DNA of 63,896 bases, counting the filler. It is 6 parts of 6 records of this genome, joined end to end, with 100 filler letters (N's around TTAATTAATTAA, not from the genome) between each part and the next. Parts side by side here need not be neighbours in the genome. Positions count along the whole stretch, not along the records: positions 1 to 27,735 come from SRR20825010_5182; 5 more parts are not named here. One strand, 5' to 3'. The notes beneath the pieces are model-generated. The model was not told the DNA's origin. It did no database searches and was given only the letters and a program-made list of their open reading frames with translations. The translations under genes were made by a program, and so were the position numbers. Shown in pieces: positions 9,575-19,608 of the stretch (positions are counted from its first letter, which is position 1; every line of letters starts with the position of its first letter).

Positions 9575-12223
9575 ATGAAATCGCTTCGCAAACCTTTCAG
9601 GAGCGCAGACAAAAGCGCGTTGAAAGCGGCCGGGGTAGCGCTGGCCAGCAGCTTTCTGATTGCAGGATGTTTCGACGGAAGCAGTTCTTCTTCCGACTCC
9701 GATAGCTCGGTGAACGAACAGCTTTTCCCGGCGGACGGTACATTTGAGGCAACTATAAGGAGGACTACGAACGGGGTTCCGCACGTGAAAGCGGACAATC
9801 TCGCGTCTGCGGCGTTTGGTGCGGGCTACGCTCAAACTCAGGACAACGTATGCCTGCTTGCAGAGGCCATTGTCAAAGCCAGAAGTGAGCGCGCGAAATA
9901 TTTTGGCCCTGGGCCGGACGACATTAACGTTATCAACGACTTCAGCTACAAAGCACAGAAGATTCTCAGCGGGGCAGAAGAGGAATATCCCAATCTGAGT
10001 GCTGAAACCCGTGCCATGATTGAGGGCTTCGCGGCTGGTTACAATCAATACGTGAACGAAACCGCACCAGGAGACTTGCCGAGCGAGTGTCGTGATCAAC
10101 CCTGGGTGAAGGAAATCACGCCGGTAGACCTGTTCGCTCACTATCGCATCGTTGGCCAGTATGCCAGTGGCGCACTGTTTGCCACGGGAGCCGTATTTGT
10201 TGCTGTACCCGATGGCGAGTCGCCTCTGCCGACGCCGGTTGCAAGCGTAACTGGCACTGAGGGCAAAGAACAGGAGAGTGACCTGAAGCGTATGGTGGCG
10301 AACGCTCACACAGGCGCCTCAAGCCAGACCGATTTTCAGGACATCGGCCTTGGCAGTAATGCGTGGGGCATTGGCGGCGATATGTCGGAGCAGGGCAAGG
10401 GTGCTTTGCTGGCCAATCCACATTTCCCCTACACGGGACATCGTAGGCTTTACCAGGTTCAGTTGACCGTTCCTGGGTATCTGAACACCAACGGCGCAGG
10501 TTTGTTGGGGACGGCCATCCCATTGATCAACTTCAATGAGAATCTGGCCTGGTCTCATACTGTAACCACCAGTCGTCGGTTCACGCTTTACGAACTCACG
10601 CTCAAGGACGGTGACAACTTCACCTACATAAAGGATGGTGAGGAAAAACCGATCACCTCTGAGACCTATCAGATTGAGGTAAACACTGGAGGGCCGGCAC
10701 CGTTGGTGCTGGAGAAAACCTTCTACTTCTCTGAATATGGCCCGATGCTGGCAGCGGACGCTGTCACTGGCGGGGCTCTCCCGGCCTGGGGAGCCAACGG
10801 AACGGCATATACCTACCGGGATGCTAATGCCGGTACGGAAAAACTGCTGGACACCTGGTTGCAGATGAGCAGAGCATCCAACCTGGATGAATTTCAGGCC
10901 GTCTTTGAAAACTGTGGCACAACGTTCTGGACCAACACCACCTATGCTGACGATCAGGGTAACGCCTATTACATTGACAGCAGTTCGGTGCCAAATCTCT
11001 CGGGTGCCGCGCTTGCGGTGGTGGACTTCAAGCGTTCGGTGAATGCCGGGTACAACCAGTTGTTCAATAATGGCTTGACCCTGCTGGATGGCAGTAAGTC
11101 CCGTGATGACTGGGTTGAAGGGGAGTGTGACGGTCTCGTACCGTTCGAGCAGCGTCCCCAGATGGTCCGTACGGATTGGGTTCAGAACTCCAATGACAGC
11201 TATTGGTCGACCAACCCGGATCAGTTCCTGACGGGCTTTTCGCCGCTCTTTGGCTCTGAGGAAACGCCGCTTAACCCGCGGACTCGCATCGGGATCTCAA
11301 TGCTGAAGAATCCTATGGATGCCGGTTTTGCGGATCGAGCACCGGCGGGGCAGGATGGAAAGTTCGGGGCTATTGATCTCATCGAAGTGATCTACAACAA
11401 CCGTACCTGGTACACGGATATGTTCCTGACAGAGCTCAGGTCTCGATGCACAACGATCGGAGCGACCCCCGTTAACCTGTCCGCCGGAGGTGCACGCACC
11501 GTCGATACGGCATGTGACGTGCTGCAGAGCTGGGACGGTGTTTACAACACCGACAGTATCGGTGCTCATGTCTTCAGAGTGTTTATCGCCAATTACCGGG
11601 ATGACTTCGGGACGGACCTGACTGTGCCGTTCGACGCAGCCGATCCTGTCGCGACACCGTCAACCCCCTCGGCAGCGAATGCCGGAACCGCTGACGATAC
11701 GATGTTGATTGCGCTGGCGGATGGTCTGGAAGCGCTTGATTCCGTCAATATTGCCTACGACTCACCTCTGGGAGACGTTCAGTACTACCAGCCCACAGGT
11801 GGTGTTCCACCAGGCGGCGCACCAACAAATCTCGGTAACCCGTTTCCGTGGCATGGCGGGGATGGCTCCATTGACGGTGCTTTTAACGCTATTGGAGTAG
11901 TGACGAGCCAAGTAGCTGAGGACACTGTCTTTCCGCGGATCGCTCCAGAAGTCATCTCCAATACGGCAGGCCTCTCCGACCAGTCGGGTGAAGGATGGCA
12001 GATGGCTAGAGGCACAAGCTGGCACTTCGGTTTGGAGTTTACTGACCAGGGGCCGGTAGCATACGGGCTGACCAGCTATTCCCAGTCTTCCGATGCGGAC
12101 TCGACCCACTTCAATGACCAAAGCCTGCGGTATTCTGAAGAGGATTATCGCCAGTTCTGGTTTAACGAGGCGGACATCGAGGCCAACCTCTTGGCCAATG
12201 GAGAAATAACAATCACCAATTGA
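9575..12223 (+). CDS. Ntn-hydrolase acylase (penicillin acylase/PvdQ-like), lipoprotein
   Basis: IRRTTNGVPHV; beta-chain start GSNAWGIG; LLANPHFP; VQNSNDS; lipobox LIAGC. Confidence 0.92.
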   Translation: MKSLRKPFRSADKSALKAAGVALASSFLIAGCFDGSSSSSDSDSSVNEQLFPADGTFEATIRRTTNGVPHVKADNLASAAFGAGYAQTQDNVCLLAEAIVKARSERAKYFGPGPDDINVINDFSYKAQKILSGAEEEYPNLSAETRAMIEGFAAGYNQYVNETAPGDLPSECRDQPWVKEITPVDLFAHYRIVGQYASGALFATGAVFVAVPDGESPLPTPVASVTGTEGKEQESDLKRMVANAHTGASSQTDFQDIGLGSNAWGIGGDMSEQGKGALLANPHFPYTGHRRLYQVQLTVPGYLNTNGAGLLGTAIPLINFNENLAWSHTVTTSRRFTLYELTLKDGDNFTYIKDGEEKPITSETYQIEVNTGGPAPLVLEKTFYFSEYGPMLAADAVTGGALPAWGANGTAYTYRDANAGTEKLLDTWLQMSRASNLDEFQAVFENCGTTFWTNTTYADDQGNAYYIDSSSVPNLSGAALAVVDFKRSVNAGYNQLFNNGLTLLDGSKSRDDWVEGECDGLVPFEQRPQMVRTDWVQNSNDSYWSTNPDQFLTGFSPLFGSEETPLNPRTRIGISMLKNPMDAGFADRAPAGQDGKFGAIDLIEVIYNNRTWYTDMFLTELRSRCTTIGATPVNLSAGGARTVDTACDVLQSWDGVYNTDSIGAHVFRVFIANYRDDFGTDLTVPFDAADPVATPSTPSAANAGTADDTMLIALADGLEALDSVNIAYDSPLGDVQYYQPTGGVPPGGAPTNLGNPFPWHGGDGSIDGAFNAIGVVTSQVAEDTVFPRIAPEVISNTAGLSDQSGEGWQMARGTSWHFGLEFTDQGPVAYGLTSYSQSSDADSTHFNDQSLRYSEEDYRQFWFNEADIEANLLANGEITITN

Positions 12224-12254
12224 TGGTGATTGCAAAGAAAGGTAGGTCGTACGA

Positions 12255-12288
12255 GCGCGGGCGGAGTGACTTTGCCCGCGCTTTTTTT
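12255..12288 (+). terminator. Intrinsic terminator of acylase gene
   Basis: GCGCGGGC...GCCCGCGC stem followed by a T run. Confidence 0.8.
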
Positions 12289-12310
12289 GCGTCCACAGAA
12301 ACCAGCAAAC

Positions 12311-12338
12311 AAAAAAGGGGTGGCTTCCGCCACCCCTT
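12311..12338 (-). terminator. Intrinsic terminator of lipase gene
   Basis: A6-GGGGTGGC-TTCC-GCCACCCC. Confidence 0.8.
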
Positions 12339-12357
12339 CCTATATCGACTGAAGTTC

Positions 12358-15246
12358 TCAGTCTTGTTGTACGATCTCAGTGATATCGGGATCCAGCCCA
12401 GCGTCAGGAACAACCGCTGTTCCCATTGCACCTATCACTGTGGCGGTCTGGGAGACCATCTCCGTGAACACTCTTACATCCAGCTCCCCACCCTGAGGCA
12501 GAACAGGAGTGCTGTGAGTACCGGCGAGATAGCGGGTGATAGCGGCGTTATCCAGCGGAACGGGTGTTCCGCTACCAGTAACGGCCGTTGCTCCGAGAAG
12601 CTCGGCAAACGGTTCAGTACCGGACAGATACGCGTCAAAAGCCTGACCCAAAGGGTTTGCCAGAGGATCATTCGGGATGACCTGATCTCCGTTTACCTGT
12701 GACAGCAACACCGCACTACCAGAAGCGTTCAGGCTGGCCGCGAAGTTAATCGGGTCCGCGGAGTCCAGTGCGGCCTGGAAGACGTTGAAGAACGTTTCCA
12801 GGTCTGCGTCACCTTGCTCAAGACCTGCCGCGGCCTGGAGTCCACCCAGAATCTCGGGGGCAAAGGCCGGAGAGTTCTCAAGCAATCTGACGATGCCAGC
12901 GCCCGGAGTGAGAAGCTGTGCGGCAACGATGTCGTCGTCCGGGTTGCTGCTTTCATTGGCAACTGCAACAAACGGTGCGCCTACAATGGTACCCAGAGAG
13001 TGACCTGTGAAGTAGACGCTACTTGCGTCGAGGTCTGCGCCAGCGGTGCCATCAAAGTCTAATCCGCCGAGGGAAGCGCGAACGTTCAGCAAGTCCACAA
13101 TGGCCTGACGGTTTTTGTCACGGGAATTCGTGAAGTTGGTCAGGTTGATGAACAGGCTTCCAGATTCACCCGAGGTAGCGGTCATTGCCGTTGGCATATT
13201 CGCAGCGTTCGCGGTGAAGTCGAAGTGGCGTTCGTTCTCGGTCTTGGCAATACCGGGAACCGTGGAGCCGGCGTTTGCTACGGTGTTCTCAAACGAGCGC
13301 AAAGAACGAATGGCTGCGTCCAGAAGCGGTGCCTGAGCTGCTGGGGCGCCAAAGTCTTCGGTTGAACCGCCTGCAACAACTGCGGTTACAACAGTACTAG
13401 CGGTCGCAGCATCTACGCTGAGTGCCCCGGCCGTAAAGCCTACCGCGATCTGACCCGCGATCACTGCATCGATATTGGCTTCTGAGGGTGCCAGAGAGGC
13501 AGGTAGTCCACCTTCCTGACCTGAGGTCAATAGCTGCTCGGCCAAGCCTTCCTGCTCAGCTGTACTGAACGGAGTAACACCATGGAGCGGCTGGTCAATA
13601 ACGACAACGGCCACCTGAGAGTTATGAGCCAATGCACTACCGAAGGTTAGCGCAGAGCTTCGGTCGGTCGTAATGCCGTGCATATACATGACGGTTTCCA
13701 GCGGTGTGCTGCCATCATAGCCGGCCGGGTAGAAGACCATGATCGGGACTGTGACTTCCTGGGTTTCAGCCGGGAATGGGAAACGATAGTTAACAACCTG
13801 GCTGACGGTCGGATCCGATTGGGCCAGTGAAACGCCCAGCTGATCTCCGGCAGCTGCAGCTAGAGCTGCATTAGCGGTCCAGCTCTGGGTGTTAATGACG
13901 GATCCTTCTGCATCAGAGGAGCCGGTTGGTACGGCGAGGTAATAGGGTAGGTCGATAGTTCCCTGAACCAGATTCACCTGCCCGAAGTCCACAAACTGGC
14001 TGGCCACGGCAGAAACCTGGGTTACGTCTTGCGGAGCGCCGAAGCTGGCTGTAGAGCTTTGATCACTGGGTGTCGGCAGAAGATTAGCTGTGGTAAAGGC
14101 GCCAACGAGTGCATCGGCCTGACCGTCCGCGGTTGCATCTGCGGCTGCAACGGCATTGTTGCCGATGGTGTTGAGCGCGAAGAAATCGGTTTCGCCTGCT
14201 TCGCGGGCGTCAGAGACGGCACCGAAGCGCACCGAGCCAAGGATGGTTTCCTTGAAGAAGGCCTTTGGGTCGGCGATGTACTGAAGAACACGCTGATCGT
14301 TGGATGTCGTGAAGCTATAAGAGATCGCGATATCGTCTTCAGTCAGGGCGTTGCCTGGGCGAGCCTGGTTCGGAACGCCGAAGAAGTTGGCAGCGACTTT
14401 TTCCCAGAAGCCATCCACGATTCTGCGGACCGGGGCCAACGCGGTGGGGTTGCCTAGAACTGCGTTAGGATCCGATACGTCTGTATACAGTGGGGATTTG
14501 ATGATTGGATCGCCATTAACGTCCAATACTTCATTTGTCACTACGACGAGGTAGCGCTTGAACGGGTTAAGAGGCTTGGTTGGGTTGATTCGAATGGCTG
14601 AGTCGCCGTCCAGAGTCACGACTTCAGCAACGTAATCCGGAGATTGCGCGAGGCTTCCCAGATAAGCACCTGCCTGCGCCTGGTCGCGGCCACTCAGGTC
14701 CTGAGGCGCAGCGCCGGCGGCAACTTGTGCGGTGATGGCCAAAGGAATAGTGGGTGATTCACCTGCGCCGAGACCTTGCACGGGGTCGCCGCCTGCGTAC
14801 TGGAGTTCAATCAGGAAAACGTTCTGGTTCGGGTTTGGAATCAGGCTGGTTGGATCGGTCGGATCCGCAAAAATAAAGGCCCTTGAATCCACGGAGTCCG
14901 CATCAATCTGTCCGTTGAACTGAACCACTGGCGGCGCAACCGTTGATGCGCCGCTGAGTTGATTTAACGCAGTTGTCACGGGCGGCGAGGAGTCAGCAAC
15001 GCTAAAGGAGCCATCGGCTTCGCTGATGGTGGTAGCCGGGTTGTCTGAACGGAATATCAGGTCATTTGGTATGGGAAGGTCACCTGTGACCGGATTGAAT
15101 AGTGGCCAGGTTTTCCCGTCAAAGTTGGGGTTACTAATCTTATAATCGGGATCCGCATTACTGGACCCGGAACCGGCGCTGTCAAAGCAGCCTGTCAGTC
15201 CAAGGGAAGAAGCCACGGCAAGACTTATTAGAGTTTTCTTGAACAT
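12358..15246 (-). CDS. Extracellular lipase/phospholipase, Pla-1/Cef (VolA-like) lipoprotein
   Basis: Lipobox LTGC; LPIPNDL, YMHGIT, IDQPLHG, nucleophile GHSLG, LLENSPAF and GDQVIPN motifs. Confidence 0.85.
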   Translation of the reverse strand: MFKKTLISLAVASSLGLTGCFDSAGSGSSNADPDYKISNPNFDGKTWPLFNPVTGDLPIPNDLIFRSDNPATTISEADGSFSVADSSPPVTTALNQLSGASTVAPPVVQFNGQIDADSVDSRAFIFADPTDPTSLIPNPNQNVFLIELQYAGGDPVQGLGAGESPTIPLAITAQVAAGAAPQDLSGRDQAQAGAYLGSLAQSPDYVAEVVTLDGDSAIRINPTKPLNPFKRYLVVVTNEVLDVNGDPIIKSPLYTDVSDPNAVLGNPTALAPVRRIVDGFWEKVAANFFGVPNQARPGNALTEDDIAISYSFTTSNDQRVLQYIADPKAFFKETILGSVRFGAVSDAREAGETDFFALNTIGNNAVAAADATADGQADALVGAFTTANLLPTPSDQSSTASFGAPQDVTQVSAVASQFVDFGQVNLVQGTIDLPYYLAVPTGSSDAEGSVINTQSWTANAALAAAAGDQLGVSLAQSDPTVSQVVNYRFPFPAETQEVTVPIMVFYPAGYDGSTPLETVMYMHGITTDRSSALTFGSALAHNSQVAVVVIDQPLHGVTPFSTAEQEGLAEQLLTSGQEGGLPASLAPSEANIDAVIAGQIAVGFTAGALSVDAATASTVVTAVVAGGSTEDFGAPAAQAPLLDAAIRSLRSFENTVANAGSTVPGIAKTENERHFDFTANAANMPTAMTATSGESGSLFINLTNFTNSRDKNRQAIVDLLNVRASLGGLDFDGTAGADLDASSVYFTGHSLGTIVGAPFVAVANESSNPDDDIVAAQLLTPGAGIVRLLENSPAFAPEILGGLQAAAGLEQGDADLETFFNVFQAALDSADPINFAASLNASGSAVLLSQVNGDQVIPNDPLANPLGQAFDAYLSGTEPFAELLGATAVTGSGTPVPLDNAAITRYLAGTHSTPVLPQGGELDVRVFTEMVSQTATVIGAMGTAVVPDAGLDPDITEIVQQD

Positions 15247-15541
15247 GGGTGGAACCTTTTCCTGTTGTTGTGTCGTTATGTTCGGCAGCTGACGGGGCCG
15301 GTCTGGCCCGGTAAACCCGTTGTCAGTGGCCTGGTTTGCTTAGCTGTTGTCTGAAATTCTGGCCAGCGCTCTGTGCCTGATTTCTGTAACTCTGACTATA
15401 GCGGCAGTAAAGCAACAGTTGATCGCTCTAAAGTGTGATTCTGATCATTGGGAGCCTACCCGCACGGTCGGAGTTCGGCTTCATTGAAAAATAGTTGGCC
15501 CCGAGACTTTTGTCGAGTCTTTCGGGGCAGGGGTAGCCAGC

Positions 15542-16315
15542 CTAGCTGAAGCTTGAGAAATCCGGTTTCCGCTTTTCAGTGAAGGCCTTGATGGCTTCGG
15601 CATTTTCCGGTGACTTCAGGCGTTCTGCGAAGAGTTTGCCTTCGGCCAGCATGGCGGTTTTCAGCGTATCGCCGCTGGCCCGGTTCAGCAATTCACGGGT
15701 GGCACGGACGGCCGCCGGGGGCTGGGCTGCAAGCCGTGCGCAGGCTTCCAGAGCCGTGGTTTCAGTTTGTGACGGTTCGCACACCTGGTTGATCAGCCCC
15801 AGGCGCTGAGCATCTTCGGCTGTGAATGCGCCGCCCAGCATCAACAACTCCGAAGCGCGTACCCGGCCGAGCCAGGATGGCAGCAATAGGCTGGAGCCGC
15901 CTTCCGGGCACAGGCCTAGGTTGGCAAAAGGCATCTGGAAGCGGGTGTTGTTGCCGGCAAACACCAAATCGCAATGCAGCAGCATGGTGGTGCCGATGCC
16001 CACGGCGGGGCCATTCACGGAGGCTACGATCGGTTTGTTGGTGGTGGCCATCAGGAACAGGAACCGGCCTACAGGGGTGTCTTCAAACTCGCCGGGCAGG
16101 CCCGCGGCAAAATCGCTCAAGTCGTTCCCGGCTGTGAAGCACTCATCGCTCCCGGTGTACAGAATACAGCGAATGTCGCTGTCGTCGCGGGCCTGTTCAA
16201 TCGCATCACCGAGGGCGGTGTACATATCATGGGTGAGGGCGTTTTTGCGATCCAGGCGGTTAATCCGGACGGTTAGGATATGGTTCTTTTTTTCAGTTAG
16301 GACGAGGTCGGTCAC
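15542..16315 (-). CDS. Enoyl-CoA hydratase/isomerase
   Basis: RKNAL, FTAGNDL, GPAVGIGTTML, LGLCPEGGSS crotonase motifs; AGGAG RBS. Confidence 0.93.
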   Translation of the reverse strand: MTDLVLTEKKNHILTVRINRLDRKNALTHDMYTALGDAIEQARDDSDIRCILYTGSDECFTAGNDLSDFAAGLPGEFEDTPVGRFLFLMATTNKPIVASVNGPAVGIGTTMLLHCDLVFAGNNTRFQMPFANLGLCPEGGSSLLLPSWLGRVRASELLMLGGAFTAEDAQRLGLINQVCEPSQTETTALEACARLAAQPPAAVRATRELLNRASGDTLKTAMLAEGKLFAERLKSPENAEAIKAFTEKRKPDFSSFS

Positions 16316-16510
16316 GATGTCTCCTGCTGTTTTTATATCGAAGATACCAGCGATGTTACATTTTTTCGTGGCCGTTTAGGCAAGTTTGTCGTTAAAAACC
16401 TTCGCGCCGGGTTTGGTCCCTCGGTTTTGGATTTTCTGGTAAACTTCGCGCTTCCTTTATTAGACACGTTTAAAACCCCTACTAGACAAACCAGACCTGA
16501 TGAGACGCCT

Positions 16511-18025
16511 ATGACCACCGTAATCCGCCAGGACGACCTGATCGAGAGCGTAGCGGACGCGCTGCAGTTCATCTCCTATTACCATCCGAAAGACTTTATT
16601 CAGGCTGTACACGAGGCCTATAAGAAGGAAGAGTCCCAGGCGGCCAAGGATGCCATGGCGCAGATTCTGATTAACTCCCGCATGTGCGCTCAGGGCAAGC
16701 GGCCACTGTGCCAGGACACTGGCATCGTTACGGTGTTTGTGACGGTCGGTATGGATGTGCAATGGGATGCCGACATGGCGCTGGACGATATTATCAATGA
16801 GGGCGTTCGCCGGGCCTACATGCACCCGGACAACGTGCTGCGTGCCTCTATCCTGGCCGATCCGGACGGCAAGCGCACCAATACCAAGGACAACACACCT
16901 GCCATCATCCACTACAAGATTGTGCCGGGTAATACCGTGGATGTGCATGTGGCTGCGAAAGGCGGCGGTTCCGAGGCCAAGTCAAAATTCGCCATGCTGA
17001 ACCCATCGGATTCCGTGGTGGACTGGGTGCTGAAAATGGTGCCGCAGATGGGCGCTGGCTGGTGTCCGCCGGGCATGTTGGGTATTGGCGTAGGCGGCAC
17101 TGCTGAAAAAGCAATGGAGCTGGCCAAGGAGTCGCTGCTGGACCCGATTGATATCCATGACCTGCAGGCCCGTGGTGCCTCCAACCGTTCCGAGGAGCTG
17201 CGTCTGGAACTGTTCGACAAGGTGAATGAGCTGGGTATTGGTGCCCAGGGTCTCGGTGGCCTGACCACGGTTCTGGATGTGAAGGTCAAAGACTACCCGA
17301 CCCATGCTGCCAACAAGCCGGTGGCGATCATTCCCAACTGCGCAGCCACCCGTCACGCACACTTCGTTCTGGACGGCTCCGGCCCTTCATTGCAAACCCC
17401 GCCGAGCCTGGACGACTGGCCGGAAATCACCTGGGAAGTGGGTGACAGCGTTCGCCGCGTGAACCTGGATACGGTTACATCGGAAGACGTGAAAGACTGG
17501 AAGCCGGGCGAAACCGTGCTGCTCTCCGGCAAGATGCTGACCGGCCGCGATGCCGCCCACAAGAAGATGGTGGACATGATCGAGCGCGGTGAGGAACTGC
17601 CGGTGGACCTGAAAGGCCGCTTCATCTATTACGTCGGCCCGGTCGACCCTGTGCGCGAGGAAGTGGTTGGTCCCGCGGGCCCCACCACCGCCACCCGCAT
17701 GGACAAGTTCACCCGCACCATGCTGGAGAAAACCGGCCTTACCGGCATGATCGGCAAAGCCGAGCGCGGCCAGGTGGCCATTGATGCCATCCGCGAGTTC
17801 GGTGCTGTCTATCTGATGGCCGTTGGTGGTTCTGCCTATCTGGTGTCCAAGGCCATCAAACACGCGGAAGTGGTTGCCTTCGAAGAGCTGGGGATGGAAG
17901 CCATCTACGAATTTGAGGTGGAAGACATGCCGGTGACGGTCGCGGTGGATTCCAAGGGCTCCTCTGTTCACCAGACCGGCCCTGCCGAATGGCACGAGAA
18001 GATTATCACCGCCAAGGCGGTGTGA
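16511..18025 (+). CDS. Class I fumarate hydratase
   Basis: PLCQDTG, AKGGGSE, GAGWCPPG, GRDAAHK, GPTTATRMD, GKAERG motifs. Confidence 0.95.
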   Translation: MTTVIRQDDLIESVADALQFISYYHPKDFIQAVHEAYKKEESQAAKDAMAQILINSRMCAQGKRPLCQDTGIVTVFVTVGMDVQWDADMALDDIINEGVRRAYMHPDNVLRASILADPDGKRTNTKDNTPAIIHYKIVPGNTVDVHVAAKGGGSEAKSKFAMLNPSDSVVDWVLKMVPQMGAGWCPPGMLGIGVGGTAEKAMELAKESLLDPIDIHDLQARGASNRSEELRLELFDKVNELGIGAQGLGGLTTVLDVKVKDYPTHAANKPVAIIPNCAATRHAHFVLDGSGPSLQTPPSLDDWPEITWEVGDSVRRVNLDTVTSEDVKDWKPGETVLLSGKMLTGRDAAHKKMVDMIERGEELPVDLKGRFIYYVGPVDPVREEVVGPAGPTTATRMDKFTRTMLEKTGLTGMIGKAERGQVAIDAIREFGAVYLMAVGGSAYLVSKAIKHAEVVAFEELGMEAIYEFEVEDMPVTVAVDSKGSSVHQTGPAEWHEKIITAKAV

Positions 18026-18038
18026 TCCTCACGAGAAC

Positions 18039-19493
18039 TCAGGAAGAACAACTGATACTCAGGTGCTTCCCCCAGTCCGGGGGAGGCGCTGAGTATTGTT
18101 CGAACCCCGGCTGTTCATCGAACGGCTTCTTCAAGACCTCCAGTAACTCCTTCATAGGCTCGTAGTCGCCGTTCTGGGCTTCCAGGATCACCTGCTGCGC
18201 AAGATAGTTCCTTAGAATGTACTTAGGGTTCACCTTCCGCATCTGGTATTCCCGCTCGTCATGGGCGCGGGTTTCGGATTGCAGGCGCTGTTCATACCGC
18301 CCGAGCCATTCATCCGCCACACTGCGGTCCACAAACAGGTCGCGGACCGGTGATGAGCCTTTCGATGTGAGGTTGGATAGCCCCCGGAAAAACAGCGTGT
18401 AGTCCACATGGTGCTCGTGCAGCATGCTGAAGGTGTCCATTATCAGGCTGAGGTCGGATTCGTCTTCCTGGGCCAGCCCCAGCTTATCCCGCATGTTTTG
18501 CAGGAAGCGTTCGTTGTAGGCAAGCTCGTAACGCCGCAGCCCCCGTCTTACGTCGTCCTCGTTCATGATCGGAAGCAGCGCGTTCGCAAGATACTGGCAG
18601 TTCACAAACCCGACATTGGGTTGGCGATTGTACGCGTAGCGTCCGCCCTGGTCGGTATGATTGCAGATGTAACCGGCGTCGAAATCGTCCAGGAAGGCAT
18701 AGGGGCCGTAGTCAAAGGTGTCCCCGATAATCGACATATTGTCGCTGTTCATCACCCCATGGCAGAACCCCACGGCCTGCCAGTCGGCAATCATCCGCGC
18801 CGTGCGCTCGACCACCTCGACATACCAGCGTTGATAGCGTTCGTCCTCCGGGAGGTCGATCAGGTGAGGGAAGTGCAGCGCAATCACATGCTCAATCAGC
18901 GTTTTCAGGGCCTGTTTGCCCTCATGATGCGCTGCGAACTCAAAATGCCCGAATCGGATGTGCGTCTGGGCCACTCGCACCAACGCCGCCGCCGTCTCAA
19001 TCGACTCACGCCGCACCGGGTCTTTCGCGCTCACCATGAACAATGCCCGCGTGGTGGGAATTCCCAGCGCTGCCATCGCCTCGCTGCACAGGTACTCGCG
19101 GATCGTGGAGCGCAGAACGGCCTTGCCGTCCCCGAAACGGGAATAGGGCGTTGTCCCAGCCCCCTTCAGGTGCCAGTCCCAGCGTCGCCCATCAGGGCCC
19201 ACCGTCTCCCATAACAGTAGCCCACGGCCATCGCCCAGGTCCGGGTTATACATTCCGAACTGGTGCCCGGTGTATTTCATCGCCACCGGGTCCATGCCTT
19301 CCAGCAATTCCGTCCCGGCACCAATGCCGGTCCAGTCCTCGGGGTTCTGCGTGTGAAAACCCATCTCCCCGGCCAGGTCGTGGTTAAAACACACCATCCG
19401 GGCGTCCTTCAACGGCGTGGGCGGCACCCGGGTGTAAAAACTGTCCGGAAGCTCAAGATAACGATGTTCGACTTTAAACGGGTTGCTGCTCAT
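18039..19493 (-). CDS. selO: Protein adenylyltransferase SelO (YdiU)
   Basis: YTGHQFG, LGDGRG, LKGAGTTPYSRFGDG, HGVMNSDNMSI; C-terminal SCSS. Confidence 0.95.
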   Translation of the reverse strand: MSSNPFKVEHRYLELPDSFYTRVPPTPLKDARMVCFNHDLAGEMGFHTQNPEDWTGIGAGTELLEGMDPVAMKYTGHQFGMYNPDLGDGRGLLLWETVGPDGRRWDWHLKGAGTTPYSRFGDGKAVLRSTIREYLCSEAMAALGIPTTRALFMVSAKDPVRRESIETAAALVRVAQTHIRFGHFEFAAHHEGKQALKTLIEHVIALHFPHLIDLPEDERYQRWYVEVVERTARMIADWQAVGFCHGVMNSDNMSIIGDTFDYGPYAFLDDFDAGYICNHTDQGGRYAYNRQPNVGFVNCQYLANALLPIMNEDDVRRGLRRYELAYNERFLQNMRDKLGLAQEDESDLSLIMDTFSMLHEHHVDYTLFFRGLSNLTSKGSSPVRDLFVDRSVADEWLGRYEQRLQSETRAHDEREYQMRKVNPKYILRNYLAQQVILEAQNGDYEPMKELLEVLKKPFDEQPGFEQYSAPPPDWGKHLSISCSS

Positions 19494-19608
19494 AGCGTCA
19501 GTGTCCCAGATAACTCCAATCTCCCACAAACCAAATAACCACTGCCTATACTCCAATTGGTACAAAACCTGCAAAACTCAAAACAAACCAACAGGGAAGC
19601 CGTCAACC

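Noticed and set aside
9491-10309. 272-aa minus-strand ORF
   Set aside because: Overlaps the acylase on the opposite strand; no motifs
18039-18060. Selenocysteine read-through at the selO TGA
   Set aside because: Protein ends in the normal bacterial Cys form (SCSS); read-through would run into the convergent fumarase gene; no SECIS evident
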